Shown: positions 22,216-32,835, numbered from the whole stretch's first letter. The stretch is 63,990 nucleotides of DNA, filler included, from an uncultured Methanosarcinales archaeon (GCA_964409385.1; 7 parts of 5 records of this genome joined end to end with filler, not necessarily neighbours in it); one strand, 5' to 3'. Notes: generated by a model not told the origin, from the letters alone. A program made the numbers and translations.

Positions 22216-23655
22216 TTATAATTTTAACATTTTTTTAATCAATAGTTTTTCCTCTTTAACAAAAAATCCTGAAATGAACAACATACTAAAATAAATAAAA
22301 ATTGCAAATAGTATTGTCAATAATTTATATATCATTGTTTCAGGAGTTATAAATAATATTGAGAATCCCATTATAAAAACAGAGAAGATTAATCTAAAAG
22401 GTTTTAAAAAATTCCAATTTAGTAATAAATCACTTTTTGTTTTCCAAATAAATATTATTGACATTAAAATGTAAGTTATTATTGTTGAAATTGCCGCTCC
22501 TAAAATAGAAAATTTAGGAATAAGTAAAAAATTTAATGTTAAATTAAAAGTCATCCCAAATAAATATATTTTACTAATTCCTATACTATCTTTTTTTAAG
22601 AATAAAATATTCTCTAAATTTAAATTAATCATGCGAAAGATAGGATAAGTAACTAAAATAGGAAGTAAAAATAATGCAGGTAAATATTTCGTTCCGGCAA
22701 TTAAAGTAATTATTTCTTGTCCTAATATTAACAAACCTATAATTGCAGGAATAACAATCATAAACGAATATTTAATGCTCGCGTTGATTAAAAAATTACT
22801 ATTTTCAGAATCTTTTTTATTATAAGCTTCAACAATATAGATATTTAAAGTTGTTATTATCTGTCTTCCCGAAATAGAAATTAATGCAACAAGCGTATAA
22901 ATAAAAGAATAAAAACCCAATTCCAAATTAGAATTAAATAATTTAATTAAATATCTATCACTCGCGGTTATAACCCATTGAGCAATTAATAAAGGAAGAA
23001 AAGGTAAACCAAATTTCAAACCTTTTAGAATGTACTGTTTATTAATATTAAATTTGAAAAGCATTCTTTTATTATCTATGAAAATTAATAAGATTGAAAT
23101 AGAAACAAATAATAGAACTGCTTTCAATAAAAATAATGTCGAAATATCAAAAGTCTTAAAAATAAATGCATAAACAATTATTAAAATATACCAAAAATCT
23201 CCAAGCAAATAAGTAAAAAAATTAGATTTTATAAGTTCTTTTCTTGAACGAATATATGAAATTAAAAGCATAGAATAATATGCAAAAATTACTGAAAAAA
23301 ACAAATAAACTAATAAAAATGAATCAATAAATGTGTTTAACTTGAAAAAAATTAAAAATAATAAAGACGCTAAAAATATTATAAAAACATAAAATGAATT
23401 CATGCTTGAAAAACTTCTTAATTTATACTTTTCTGATTTTCCTGTTAAATCCCTCTCAATAAACCTGTTAAGACCCATATTCATTATACCAACAACTAAA
23501 AAAATAGAAATTAATATTAAAGAATAAAAACCATAATCTTTAACTGATAACATTCTTGTTAATATAGGAAAAACAAAAAATCCAGAAAGTAACAAAAGTG
23601 CTTGAAGAAGATAACCAACACCAAATTCTCTAGTTATCTTCTTATATTTTTCCAT
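22216..23655 (-). CDS. Oligosaccharide flippase (Wzx/MOP family)
   Basis: PILTR.LS..DYG.Y, DRYLI...LGFYS, LN..LIP.F...GAAIST; polytopic. Confidence 0.85.
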   Translation of the reverse strand: MEKYKKITREFGVGYLLQALLLLSGFFVFPILTRMLSVKDYGFYSLILISIFLVVGIMNMGLNRFIERDLTGKSEKYKLRSFSSMNSFYVFIIFLASLLFLIFFKLNTFIDSFLLVYLFFSVIFAYYSMLLISYIRSRKELIKSNFFTYLLGDFWYILIIVYAFIFKTFDISTLFLLKAVLLFVSISILLIFIDNKRMLFKFNINKQYILKGLKFGLPFLPLLIAQWVITASDRYLIKLFNSNLELGFYSFIYTLVALISISGRQIITTLNIYIVEAYNKKDSENSNFLINASIKYSFMIVIPAIIGLLILGQEIITLIAGTKYLPALFLLPILVTYPIFRMINLNLENILFLKKDSIGISKIYLFGMTFNLTLNFLLIPKFSILGAAISTIITYILMSIIFIWKTKSDLLLNWNFLKPFRLIFSVFIMGFSILFITPETMIYKLLTILFAIFIYFSMLFISGFFVKEEKLLIKKMLKL

Positions 23656-23706
23656 TTTTCTGTACAATATGATTAAATTTTTAAATACTTTCCTTTTAAG
23701 TTTTCT

Positions 23707-24999
23707 ATGAGCGAATATAATGAATTAGTTAAGGATATTCTCAAAAAAATTGAAAAAAACAAAATTCATTATGTAATCAATAGAAATTATGAATTTTTAA
23801 TAAAAAATGAAACTTACAAAGGAGGAGATATTGATCTTTGTATTAAAAAAAAAGATGTTAAAAAAATTAACAAATTATTCCTGAAAAACAAATATAAAAA
23901 AATACCTATCAATCCTTTTTCTAATCATTCTGGATTTATTAAATATGTATCTTCTGAAAAGAAAGTTTTATTTTTTCATTTACACATAAATGGAATTACT
24001 GGAAGTCATTTGACATATTTAGACCATAAACAAATTCTTTCAAATAGGGAAAAAATAAAATTCTTTTATGTTCCTTCATTAGAAAATGAATTTTTAGGAA
24101 TATTATTACATACCACTATAGACAGAAATAAAATACGAAATGATTATAGAATAAGATTAGTTGAATTATATAAAAAAATTAATAAAAATTATGTTAAAAA
24201 ATGTTTAAAGAAAACAATAGGTAATAAAAATACTGATTTTGTTTTTGAAAATCTTGAAAATAAAAAATTTGAAAAGATTGAATTAAGACATAAAAAAATA
24301 TTAAAGTACTTCATAAACCACTATAAAAATAAATATTATTATTTGTTCAAAGTATATATATTAGGTGGTTTTTGGAAGTTAAATTGGTATTTGAAAAATA
24401 AACCATTAATATCTTTTATTGGAATGGATGGTTCTGGAAAAACAACAATAACAAATAGAGTTATTGAAATTTTAAAAAATAATAACTTAAAAGTTTCAAG
24501 AGTTTATACTGGAAGAGGAAAAAATAACATATTACCAATTCAATTATTTGGTTTAATATATAGAAAGGGAGGAGGAAAACCTAATCTTGCAACTGCTAAA
24601 ACTTCTGAAAAAAATAGTTTACTACAAACAATTGCTGCACCAATATTTTGTTTAGATTTATTATTAAGATATTTTTTTCAAATACTACCATTAAGGAAAA
24701 AAAAACAGTTTACTATTACTGATAGATACTCTACAGATATTCTTTTAATTAATAAAGTTCCAAAAGTTCTAAAGAACATCCTATTCTTTTTTTTTCCAAA
24801 ACCAACATTAATATTTTATTTATATAATGATCCAAAAATATTAGAAAAAAGAAAAAACCACCCAATTGAAGATTTATACAGACAAGAAAAAATATTCTCA
24901 AAAATAACTAAAAAAATTAAAAGCATAAATATAAAATCAGACAATTTAGAAGTCATGGAAAATGAAATAATTGAAAAAATTATTGAAACTATTAAATAA
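23707..24999 (+). CDS. Nucleotidyltransferase-fold domain fused to a thymidylate-kinase-like P-loop domain
   Basis: N-terminal RNY...GGDIDL (DxD); C-terminal G.DGSGKTT and DRY motifs. Confidence 0.65.
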   Translation: MSEYNELVKDILKKIEKNKIHYVINRNYEFLIKNETYKGGDIDLCIKKKDVKKINKLFLKNKYKKIPINPFSNHSGFIKYVSSEKKVLFFHLHINGITGSHLTYLDHKQILSNREKIKFFYVPSLENEFLGILLHTTIDRNKIRNDYRIRLVELYKKINKNYVKKCLKKTIGNKNTDFVFENLENKKFEKIELRHKKILKYFINHYKNKYYYLFKVYILGGFWKLNWYLKNKPLISFIGMDGSGKTTITNRVIEILKNNNLKVSRVYTGRGKNNILPIQLFGLIYRKGGGKPNLATAKTSEKNSLLQTIAAPIFCLDLLLRYFFQILPLRKKKQFTITDRYSTDILLINKVPKVLKNILFFFFPKPTLIFYLYNDPKILEKRKNHPIEDLYRQEKIFSKITKKIKSINIKSDNLEVMENEIIEKIIETIK

Positions 25000-26148
25000 T
25001 TAGTATATCTTTTCTAAAATTTCTAAAACTACTCGTTTCGTTATTTTTACAGGATTGTTTATAACTCTTTCAGGATTAAATCCTTTTTCTACAATTAATG
25101 AAAAATCTTCATTTTTAATTCCAAGATTAGATAATTTTCTTTCTAAGCCTATTTCATCTATTAAATTTAAAAATTTCTTTTTTGCTTCTTTTCCAGATTT
25201 TACTTCTAGAATGTCTAAAAGTGAAGAAAATGTTTCTTTTGCATAATCAAGATCAAATCCTTTTTTTATCTGAATATTACTTCTGTTAATGTTTTCATTG
25301 ATTTCAAAAAAATAAGGTAATGTTAACATGACTGCATGACCATGAGAAATTCCAAAATTATATGTGAGGGGATAAGATATAGAATGAGCTGCTGTTGTTT
25401 TTGCTATTGAAATTGCTCTTCCTGAATAATGAGCTCCCAAAAGCATGGCATCTCTAGATTCTAATGTCGGATTAGTAATCACTTTATAAAAATTCTTCAT
25501 TATAAGTTCAATTGCTTTTCTAGACTGTTTTTTAGATTCGTCAGTAGAATTTACAGACCAATAAGATTCTATCGCTTGAGAAAGCGCGTCACAACCGCAA
25601 CTAGCAGTAGTATGTTTATCTAAAGTAATTGTTAATTCAGGATCTAAAATAATCTCTTCAGGTATCATTAGCTTGCTTGTGAAACTATATTTTTCACCAT
25701 CAATATAAATAACTGCGAAAGGAGTTATTTCTGAACCTGTTCCTGCAGTAGTTGGAACAAAAACACTTGGAATTTTTTTATCAAATTTCGTGCTTTTTAA
25801 AATATATTCTTTTATTTTTTTATCTGATAAATCTCTCTTAAAAGAAAGTAAATTAGCAGATTTTGCTGAATCCAAAACAGAACCACCACCAATCGCAATT
25901 ATTAATTCTGGATTAAACAAATTAATATAGTTTGCTAGTTTCAAAACATTTTCACTTTTAGGACTTCCTCTTTTTATCTTATATACTTTAAAATAATAAT
26001 TACTTAATTTATCTTCTAAAACTTGCTTTGCCTTATTTTTTTTGTAACTTCGTCCTCCAGTTATTAAAAGAATTTTTTTAGGAGAATAAGTTTTAACTAT
26101 GTTTTCAATCCTATTTATTTTTCCAGGACCATGTAAAATATTAACCAC
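25000..26148 (-). CDS. Iron-containing alcohol dehydrogenase, probable phosphonoacetaldehyde reductase (PhpC/FomC-like)
   Basis: GGGSVLDSAK, PTTAGTGSE, DALSQAIESYWS, TTAAHSISY, HGHAV; divergent from pepM. Confidence 0.85.
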   Translation of the reverse strand: MVNILHGPGKINRIENIVKTYSPKKILLITGGRSYKKNKAKQVLEDKLSNYYFKVYKIKRGSPKSENVLKLANYINLFNPELIIAIGGGSVLDSAKSANLLSFKRDLSDKKIKEYILKSTKFDKKIPSVFVPTTAGTGSEITPFAVIYIDGEKYSFTSKLMIPEEIILDPELTITLDKHTTASCGCDALSQAIESYWSVNSTDESKKQSRKAIELIMKNFYKVITNPTLESRDAMLLGAHYSGRAISIAKTTAAHSISYPLTYNFGISHGHAVMLTLPYFFEINENINRSNIQIKKGFDLDYAKETFSSLLDILEVKSGKEAKKKFLNLIDEIGLERKLSNLGIKNEDFSLIVEKGFNPERVINNPVKITKRVVLEILEKIY

Positions 26149-26234
26149 AATAAAAAAATAATCTTTTGATTTAAATAATTAACTTTAACAATTAACAAAA
26201 TTTTTAAATTTATTAACATATCTCTAATAAGAAT

Positions 26235-27533
26235 ATGATAGATACAAAAATAGAAAAAATTGTTTATATTGGAATGAGTGCAGATCTTATTCATCATGGC
26301 CACTTAAATATAATACACCATGCAAAAAAATATGGACATGTTATTGTGGGTTTACTTACTGATAAAGCAATAGCTTCATACAAGAGACTTCCTGCCCTGA
26401 CTTTTTCACAAAGAAAACATATTCTTGAACATATAAGAGGAGTTGATAAAGTAATTCCTCAAGAAACTCTTGATTATGTTCCAAATTTAAGAAAAATTAA
26501 ACCAGATTATGTCCTACATGGTGATGATTGGAAAAAAGGAATTCAAAAGAAAACAAGAGAAAGAGTCATAAATGTTCTAAAAGAATGGGATGGAAAAATT
26601 ATAGAAATAGAATATACTCCTGCAATATCTTCTACGCGACTTCACAAATATTTGGATGATATAGGAACAACACCTGAAATTAGAATGAAAAGGCTTAGAA
26701 GATTTCTTGAGACAAAAGACCTTGTTGCCTTCATGGAAGCCCATAATGGACTTTCAGGATTAATTGTAGAAAAAACAAAAATTAAACATAAGAACAAAAT
26801 AAGAGAATTTGATGGTATATGGATAAGTAGCTTAACAGATTCCACTGCAAAAGGAAAACCAGATATTGAATTAGAAGCTAGAATGAATACACTTCACCAG
26901 ATTCTAGAAACAACAACTAAACCAATAATTGTTGATGGCGACACTGGAGGAATTCCTGAACACTTCAAATTTACTGTTAGAACTTTAGAGAGATTGGGGG
27001 TTTCTGCAATCATCATTGAAGATAAAATAGGACTTAAAAAAAATTCACTTTTTGGAACTGAAGTTAAACAGGAACAAGACTCTTTAATGAACTTTGCGAA
27101 AAAAATTTCAGAAGGGAAAAAAGCACAAGTTACAGAAGATTTTATGATTATTGCAAGAATTGAAAGTTTAATTCTTGGAAAAGGAATGGAGGACGCATTA
27201 AAACGGGCAAAAGCATATATTGAAGCAGGAGCAGATGGAATAATGATACACAGTAAAAGCAAAAGCCCTAATGAAGTTCTCGCTTTTTGTAAAGAATATA
27301 ATAAGTTCAAAGAAAAAGTCCCTCTTGTTGTGGTTCCTAGCACATATAACTCAATAAAAGAGAATGAATTAAAAAAATCAGGAGTTAATATAGTTATTTA
27401 TGCAAATCATCTGTTAAGAAGTGCTTATCCTACGATGGTATTAACTGCAAAATCAATTCTTGAAAACCAAAGATCTCTTGAAGCAAACAAATATTGCATG
27501 CCTATTAAAGATATAATTAATTTAATACCTTAA
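26235..27533 (+). CDS. pepM: Phosphoenolpyruvate mutase with N-terminal cytidylyltransferase domain
   Basis: N-terminal DLIHHGH, HGDDW, ISST; PepM signature EDK-X5-NS ([10 protein letters not shown]), DGDTGG, ARIESLI. Confidence 0.93.
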   Translation: MIDTKIEKIVYIGMSADLIHHGHLNIIHHAKKYGHVIVGLLTDKAIASYKRLPALTFSQRKHILEHIRGVDKVIPQETLDYVPNLRKIKPDYVLHGDDWKKGIQKKTRERVINVLKEWDGKIIEIEYTPAISSTRLHKYLDDIGTTPEIRMKRLRRFLETKDLVAFMEAHNGLSGLIVEKTKIKHKNKIREFDGIWISSLTDSTAKGKPDIELEARMNTLHQILETTTKPIIVDGDTGGIPEHFKFTVRTLERLGVSAIIIEDKIGLKKNSLFGTEVKQEQDSLMNFAKKISEGKKAQVTEDFMIIARIESLILGKGMEDALKRAKAYIEAGADGIMIHSKSKSPNEVLAFCKEYNKFKEKVPLVVVPSTYNSIKENELKKSGVNIVIYANHLLRSAYPTMVLTAKSILENQRSLEANKYCMPIKDIINLIP

Positions 27534-27535
27534 AA

Positions 27536-28654
27536 ATGATAAAAGTAGAAGATTTTTTTGAGTGCTTTTTAGAAGAAAAGGTAGACTTTTTTACGGGTGT
27601 ACCTGACTCTTTATTAAAAAGCTTTTGTGCGTATTTATTAGAAAAATATCCCGAAAAGCACATTATTGCTGCAAATGAAGGAAATGCCATTTCTATAGTT
27701 GCAGGACATTACTTAGCTACAAACAAAATAGGCCTTGTTTACTTACAAAATTCAGGATTAGGAAATTGTGTAAATCCATTAACTTCATTAACTGATAAGG
27801 AAGTTTATTCTATTCCGCTTATTATGCTAATAGGCTGGAGAGGTGAACCTGGTGAAAAAGATGAACCACAACACATAAAACAAGGAAGAATAATGCTTGA
27901 TATGCTAAAAGTTCTTGAAATTCCTTATGAAATTCTTCCAAAAGATTTTGAAGATGCTAAACAAATAATTTCCAATTCTATCAAATATTCTAGAGAAAAA
28001 AAAACACCTTTTGCAATCATTGTTAAAAAAAATACTTTTGAAAAATTTCAAATAAATGAAAAAGACCAAAAAGGTATATCCAGAGAAGATTCTATTAAGT
28101 TAATAGTTGATTCATTGAGTGAGAAAGATATTATTGTTTCAACAACTGGTAAAACATCAAGAGAATTATTTGAGTATAGAGAAGAATTAAATCAAACACA
28201 TGAAAAAGATTTTTTGACTGTAGGTTCTATGGGACATTCATCATCTATAGCTTTAGGGATTTCATTAAATAAAAAAAATAAAAAAATAATTTGTTTAGAT
28301 GGAGATGGTGCAGTAATAATGCATATGGGTTCTTTAACTACAATAGGCGCAATAAAACCTGAAAATTTTATTCATATTGTTTTAAATAATTATTCTTATG
28401 ATTCTGTCGGAGGACAGCCGACTTCTGCTAATAGTTTGGATTTTGCAAAAATAGCTAGTGATTCGGGATATTTGAATGTAAAAAAGGTTGATTCATCTGA
28501 AGACATAAAAAATATATTAAACAAATTTAAGAAAAAAAAAGGTCCTTCTTTTATTGAAATTATAGTTAAAAAAGGGGCAAGAAAAAATCTTGGGAGACCA
28601 ACAAGTACACCCAAAAAAAATAAAGAAATATTTGAAAAATTCTTACAAAAATGA
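27536..28654 (+). CDS. ppd: Phosphonopyruvate decarboxylase
   Basis: GVPDSLL, ANEG, QNSGLGN, GWRGEPG..DEPQH, GSMGH, DGDGA..M, SVGGQPT, LGRP. Confidence 0.93.
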   Translation: MIKVEDFFECFLEEKVDFFTGVPDSLLKSFCAYLLEKYPEKHIIAANEGNAISIVAGHYLATNKIGLVYLQNSGLGNCVNPLTSLTDKEVYSIPLIMLIGWRGEPGEKDEPQHIKQGRIMLDMLKVLEIPYEILPKDFEDAKQIISNSIKYSREKKTPFAIIVKKNTFEKFQINEKDQKGISREDSIKLIVDSLSEKDIIVSTTGKTSRELFEYREELNQTHEKDFLTVGSMGHSSSIALGISLNKKNKKIICLDGDGAVIMHMGSLTTIGAIKPENFIHIVLNNYSYDSVGGQPTSANSLDFAKIASDSGYLNVKKVDSSEDIKNILNKFKKKKGPSFIEIIVKKGARKNLGRPTSTPKKNKEIFEKFLQK

Positions 28655-30201
28655 AAAAACTACCTGATATTTATTGGATTGCGATAGAAGGAAACAGATC
28701 CTTTGAAAGCTATGATAAATTCTCTAAAAATAAAATTTTTGAAAAACTTTCTAATACTGCAATTCTTTTTTCTAATACAATTGCCACTGCAACTTCAACA
28801 TTAATGTCAACTAGTTCTTTCTTCACAGGAAGATTTTCGTATGAATTATATTATGCACACGAAGCAATGAAAAAATTTGAGTATGATAGTTATCCAAAAG
28901 AATTAGAAAGAAAAGGATATGAATTAAATTCAATATTTTTCTGTAGAGAAGGAAAAGAATTCTATGAAAAATATTTGAATGTTCATTTGACTAGAGATGA
29001 CTATAAATCATTAAATAACAAAATATTAACTAAATTTAAGGAAGTTATGATTTCTAAAATATCAAAAAACAAACCCAAATTTTTTTACATTCATTTAGCA
29101 CCTACAAAAGAATCTGAAGAACCAGAGTATATACTAAATTTTTTAAAAGAAAAAAATCTTTTTAAATCTTCTTTTATAGTTATTAGTTCAGATCACGGAT
29201 ATTGTGATTATGGAAAAATTCATAGTCTTGGATGGTTATTAAAACCCAAAAATCATTCACTATACGTTTCTGAAGATTGTTATAGATCTAATTTATTAAT
29301 GAAAATACCTAAAAAATATAGTGAAATTTCTTCCAAACAAATAAATTCACAAGTTTCATTAATTGATGTGTTTGAAACAATTTTTGATTATCTAAATATT
29401 GAATATAAACCAAAAAACAAAAAAGCCATTTCTTTAAAAAAAGCAATAGAAACAAATAATTATAGATTTAAAAATAAATTAAATGAACGACTTTTAAGAA
29501 TTGATAATAGATATATTGGACAAAATTTTCAAAAAACAATAATCAGAAATAATAATTATGAATTAATTATTGAAAATAATACTTCTAAACTATTCAAAAG
29601 AAATGAACACAAAAATTGGAAAAAAAGATTAAAAAAAATAAATAAAAATAAAAATAAAGTTGTTTTAAGAAATTTAAATAATTTTTTAAAATTAACAGAA
29701 AAAGAAACCAAAAAAACAAATATTGATGTCCTAAAAAGAAATTATTATGAAAGTGAATTGAAAAAAGAATTGAGAAAAATAAAAAATAAAAAAATTGGTG
29801 TTTTTAACTATTCTAACAAGTATGTTTTGAAATTTATTGTAAAAAAACTAAAAAAAAATAATCAAGTTATTATAGTTGATACTAAATCATTAAAAAAAAT
29901 AACAAATAAATTAGATTATATCTTTATTTTAATAAACAATCCTTATTCTTTCGGATTTCATAAATTCATAAAATTTTGTAAAAAGAAAAAATTAAAAACA
30001 GTAATATCAAATATTAAATTTGAAAAACAAAAATTTCAACCTCATAGCATAATAAAACATGCTAGATCAGATTGGCGAGCATATGTGGATCATAAAATAG
30101 GTTCTAAATTTGTAATTTTTCTAATGTTGTGTTGGCTTCAATTATTAGATATGTATTATTTATGGAAAGCAAAAAAGAGAAACCTACTTATTTCTTCTTA
30201 A
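28651..30201 (+). CDS. Alkaline phosphatase/sulfatase superfamily protein
   Basis: PDIYWIAIE, T.T..S..S.FTG, ISSDHG, VSLIDVF.TI; overlaps the ppd stop. Confidence 0.6.
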   Translation: MKKLPDIYWIAIEGNRSFESYDKFSKNKIFEKLSNTAILFSNTIATATSTLMSTSSFFTGRFSYELYYAHEAMKKFEYDSYPKELERKGYELNSIFFCREGKEFYEKYLNVHLTRDDYKSLNNKILTKFKEVMISKISKNKPKFFYIHLAPTKESEEPEYILNFLKEKNLFKSSFIVISSDHGYCDYGKIHSLGWLLKPKNHSLYVSEDCYRSNLLMKIPKKYSEISSKQINSQVSLIDVFETIFDYLNIEYKPKNKKAISLKKAIETNNYRFKNKLNERLLRIDNRYIGQNFQKTIIRNNNYELIIENNTSKLFKRNEHKNWKKRLKKINKNKNKVVLRNLNNFLKLTEKETKKTNIDVLKRNYYESELKKELRKIKNKKIGVFNYSNKYVLKFIVKKLKKNNQVIIVDTKSLKKITNKLDYIFILINNPYSFGFHKFIKFCKKKKLKTVISNIKFEKQKFQPHSIIKHARSDWRAYVDHKIGSKFVIFLMLCWLQLLDMYYLWKAKKRNLLISS

Positions 30202-30826
30202 GAACAATTATTAAGTTTTGTCCAAAAAATAAATTTTTAATTGGTAAATTGATATGAATAACAGGTACAACACTTCTATTAAATGTAACTTTTTCAATTT
30301 TAAACAAGGTTCTGATTAATAACTTTACCTGCCAAACAAAAATAGGAGTTATATGTGGTTCAAAATCATATTCATATTTAACATGCTCTTGACCATGGAA
30401 TGACGGAAACTTCCCAGTTAATAGCATATATACTCTACTAAACCAATTCTGATTATTTGGAGTTGTAAATATAAATACACCATCATCATTCAATAGATTA
30501 TAAGCATCAACAAATAACTTTTTAGGATTATATAAATGTTCAATTACTTCAGTACAAGTAACTAAATCATATTTAGTTTTTACTTTTACTTCTTTATTCA
30601 AATCTAATTTTAAACATTTCATCCCATGTTTTCTTGACATCTCAGGATTCAAATCAGTAATAGTTACATCATAACCTGCATTTGAAAGTCTTAAAGGAAG
30701 TCCACCATAACCACTACCTAAATCCAATACTTTTTTTGGTTTATACCCATCAACTAATTTATGAACAGTTGAATGTAAAAATTTTGAAGCTCTTCTTAAT
30801 TCTTTTTTTGCCATTTTATTTACCAT
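30188..30826 (-). CDS. Class I SAM-dependent methyltransferase
   Basis: VLDLGSGYG, YDLVTCTEVIEHL, GVFIFTTPN. Confidence 0.85.
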   Translation of the reverse strand: MVNKMAKKELRRASKFLHSTVHKLVDGYKPKKVLDLGSGYGGLPLRLSNAGYDVTITDLNPEMSRKHGMKCLKLDLNKEVKVKTKYDLVTCTEVIEHLYNPKKLFVDAYNLLNDDGVFIFTTPNNQNWFSRVYMLLTGKFPSFHGQEHVKYEYDFEPHITPIFVWQVKLLIRTLFKIEKVTFNRSVVPVIHINLPIKNLFFGQNLIIVLKKK

Positions 30827-30834
30827 AAGTTATT

Positions 30835-32281
30835 TTATTTATTAATACTAATAATATATTGATCCAAATGTTGTTTAACTATATCCTTCATCTCAAAATC
30901 TTCTGCTCTTATTTTTGAATTTTTAATTAATTTTGAAGATAATTTAGAATCAGTCAAAACTTTTGAAATTTCCTGATAAAGAGATTTAGCATTTTTACCT
31001 TTTGCCATCATCACATGTTCCCCAGGAGTTACAATTTCTAATAATTCTGGTTGTCTTGTAGTAACAACAGGAACACCATGAACCATACCTTCAATCAAAC
31101 ATAAAGGATTACCCTCAGTTCCNNNNNNNNNNNNNNNNNNNNNNNNNNNNNNNNNNGTAAAACTAAAACATCCGATAAAGATAAGTAATCAGGAACATTA
31201 ATCTTACCAACCTCTAAATGTATGTTTTCTCTCAATGGATGATTTTCAACCATTTTAACTAAATGAGGTAACCACACAACTGGATGAACTAAAACTAGAT
31301 GTACATTATCTGATTTTTTAAAATACTTAAATGATTCAACTAAATATTCAACACCTTTATTTTTACCACCTTTACCATAATAAAATACAACTTTAGAATT
31401 TTCAGGAATATTTAGCTCATTCCTTGCAGGTTCGGAGTTACCATGTTTTCTAAACCTATCTAAAACAACTCCCGAATGCACTAAATGTATCTTCCTAAGT
31501 AATGTTCCACCCGTAAGTAATTTATCTTTTAAAAGAGTCAAAGGCACAAATATCCCATCAGTTAGATTAAATAATTTACAAGGGATTTTCCCATACGCAT
31601 TAAATATACTCTCAGACCTAATTGTGTGAAATATTTTTGCACGAGGCGAATATAATTTCCCAATTAATGAACTAGTAAAAAGAATTGGAGCTGAACTAGA
31701 ACCATGGAATATGTCAAATTTAAGTTTTAATTTTCTTTGAACATATCCAACACCAATACCTGCTGCAATAAACCTATTAAATATTGTTGCTGGGTTAAAG
31801 TACATTTTTCTAATATTAAACCATTTTAAACCATAGGGTCTATAAACAGGAATCCCTCTATAAACTTCATACTTCTTAGTTGCTGCAGGACCATACCATG
31901 AAGAATAGCCTTGACTACTAATCATAACAGGATTATGACCTAACTTTTTTAGACCAATTGCAAGTTCTACAATTGAAGTAAACCCTGCATCCACAGTTTC
32001 AGTATTATAATCCTTTGTTAAAAATGCAATATTTAACTTTTTTTCATTAAGAGGCAAAGATTTTCTAATAAGGTCAAATGTTCGAGGAACTTCTTCAAAT
32101 TGCTTTATATATTTAGCCTTAGTATTTAATTTAAAAGAAACTTTATTTGCATGTCCACGAATAAAACTTGCATCATTTACTCCAAAAAATTTTTGCTTAA
32201 AATATCCCTTAGCCTTAACTACAAAATTATTAGAATTATTATAAATTCCATATTCAAAAATATCATTCTTAAACTCACTTC
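30835..32281 (-). CDS. GT4 (GT-B) glycosyltransferase with an extra N-terminal region; internal N-gap, 5' truncated
   Basis: E-X7-E motif EGNPLCLIE and G.PVVTT after gap 31123-31156; frame stays open upstream of 32057 to the contig end. Confidence 0.8.
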
Positions 32282-32381
32282 NNNNNNNNNNNNNNNNNNN
32301 NNNNNNNNNNNNNNNNNNNNNNNNNTTAATTAATTAANNNNNNNNNNNNNNNNNNNNNNNNNNNNNNNNNNNNNNNNNNNN
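32282..32381. other. Artificial contig linker
   Basis: N-run with TTAATTAATTAA. Confidence 0.98.
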
Positions 32382-32455
32382 AAAATCTTTGATTTGTTCA
32401 GAAATCTTGGATTTCAGACAGCGACAGATCATGGGTTCAACTCCCATCGGGGGCT
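32382..32455 (+). tRNA. 3' half of an intron-containing tRNA (isotype unknown; U73 suggests Thr or Cys)
   Basis: A-GCGAC-AGATC-ATGGG-TTCAACT-CCCAT-CGGGGGC-T; preceded by hairpin repeats instead of an anticodon arm. Confidence 0.7.
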
Positions 32456-32482
32456 TATAATTCTAATTTAAAGAGAAAAAGA

Positions 32483-32734
32483 TTATTTTACCTTATTAAG
32501 AACGTAACTTCTCCAAACACCATAAGATTTAATATCTGAATATATTGCCCTATCAATACCTTCTTGCATAATATTCTCAACAATAGAATCTCCAGCTAAA
32601 CCTTGAGAATTTAAAACATTCTTTTTAGTTTCTAACTTGTTAAAAATAGTTCTAGCATCAGCTAGTAAATCATTAGTAATTTCATTCCTGAAATAAGCCT
32701 TTATTACTCTTTCATCAATTGAACTGTTATTCAT
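32483..32734 (-). CDS. Hypothetical protein
   Basis: 83-aa ORF with TATA-like element upstream. Confidence 0.5.
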   Translation of the reverse strand: MNNSSIDERVIKAYFRNEITNDLLADARTIFNKLETKKNVLNSQGLAGDSIVENIMQEGIDRAIYSDIKSYGVWRSYVLNKVK

Positions 32735-32835
32735 AGTTCGAAAGAAGAAAATTAAGTCTTTTATAAAATTTACTTAAGTCTGAATGACTTTAGAAGTTCA
32801 AAACACATAAATGTTTTGTAACTTTACTTAGATTC

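Noticed and set aside
25000..28654. Fosfomycin or other phosphonate antibiotic cluster
   Set aside because: Only the early steps are present; no Fom3/Fom4-like or resistance kinase genes, and the context is glycan biosynthesis
30835..32057. Two separate glycosyltransferase ORFs or programmed frameshift
   Set aside because: The frame change falls in the N-gap 31123-31156 of estimated length; motifs show a single GT4
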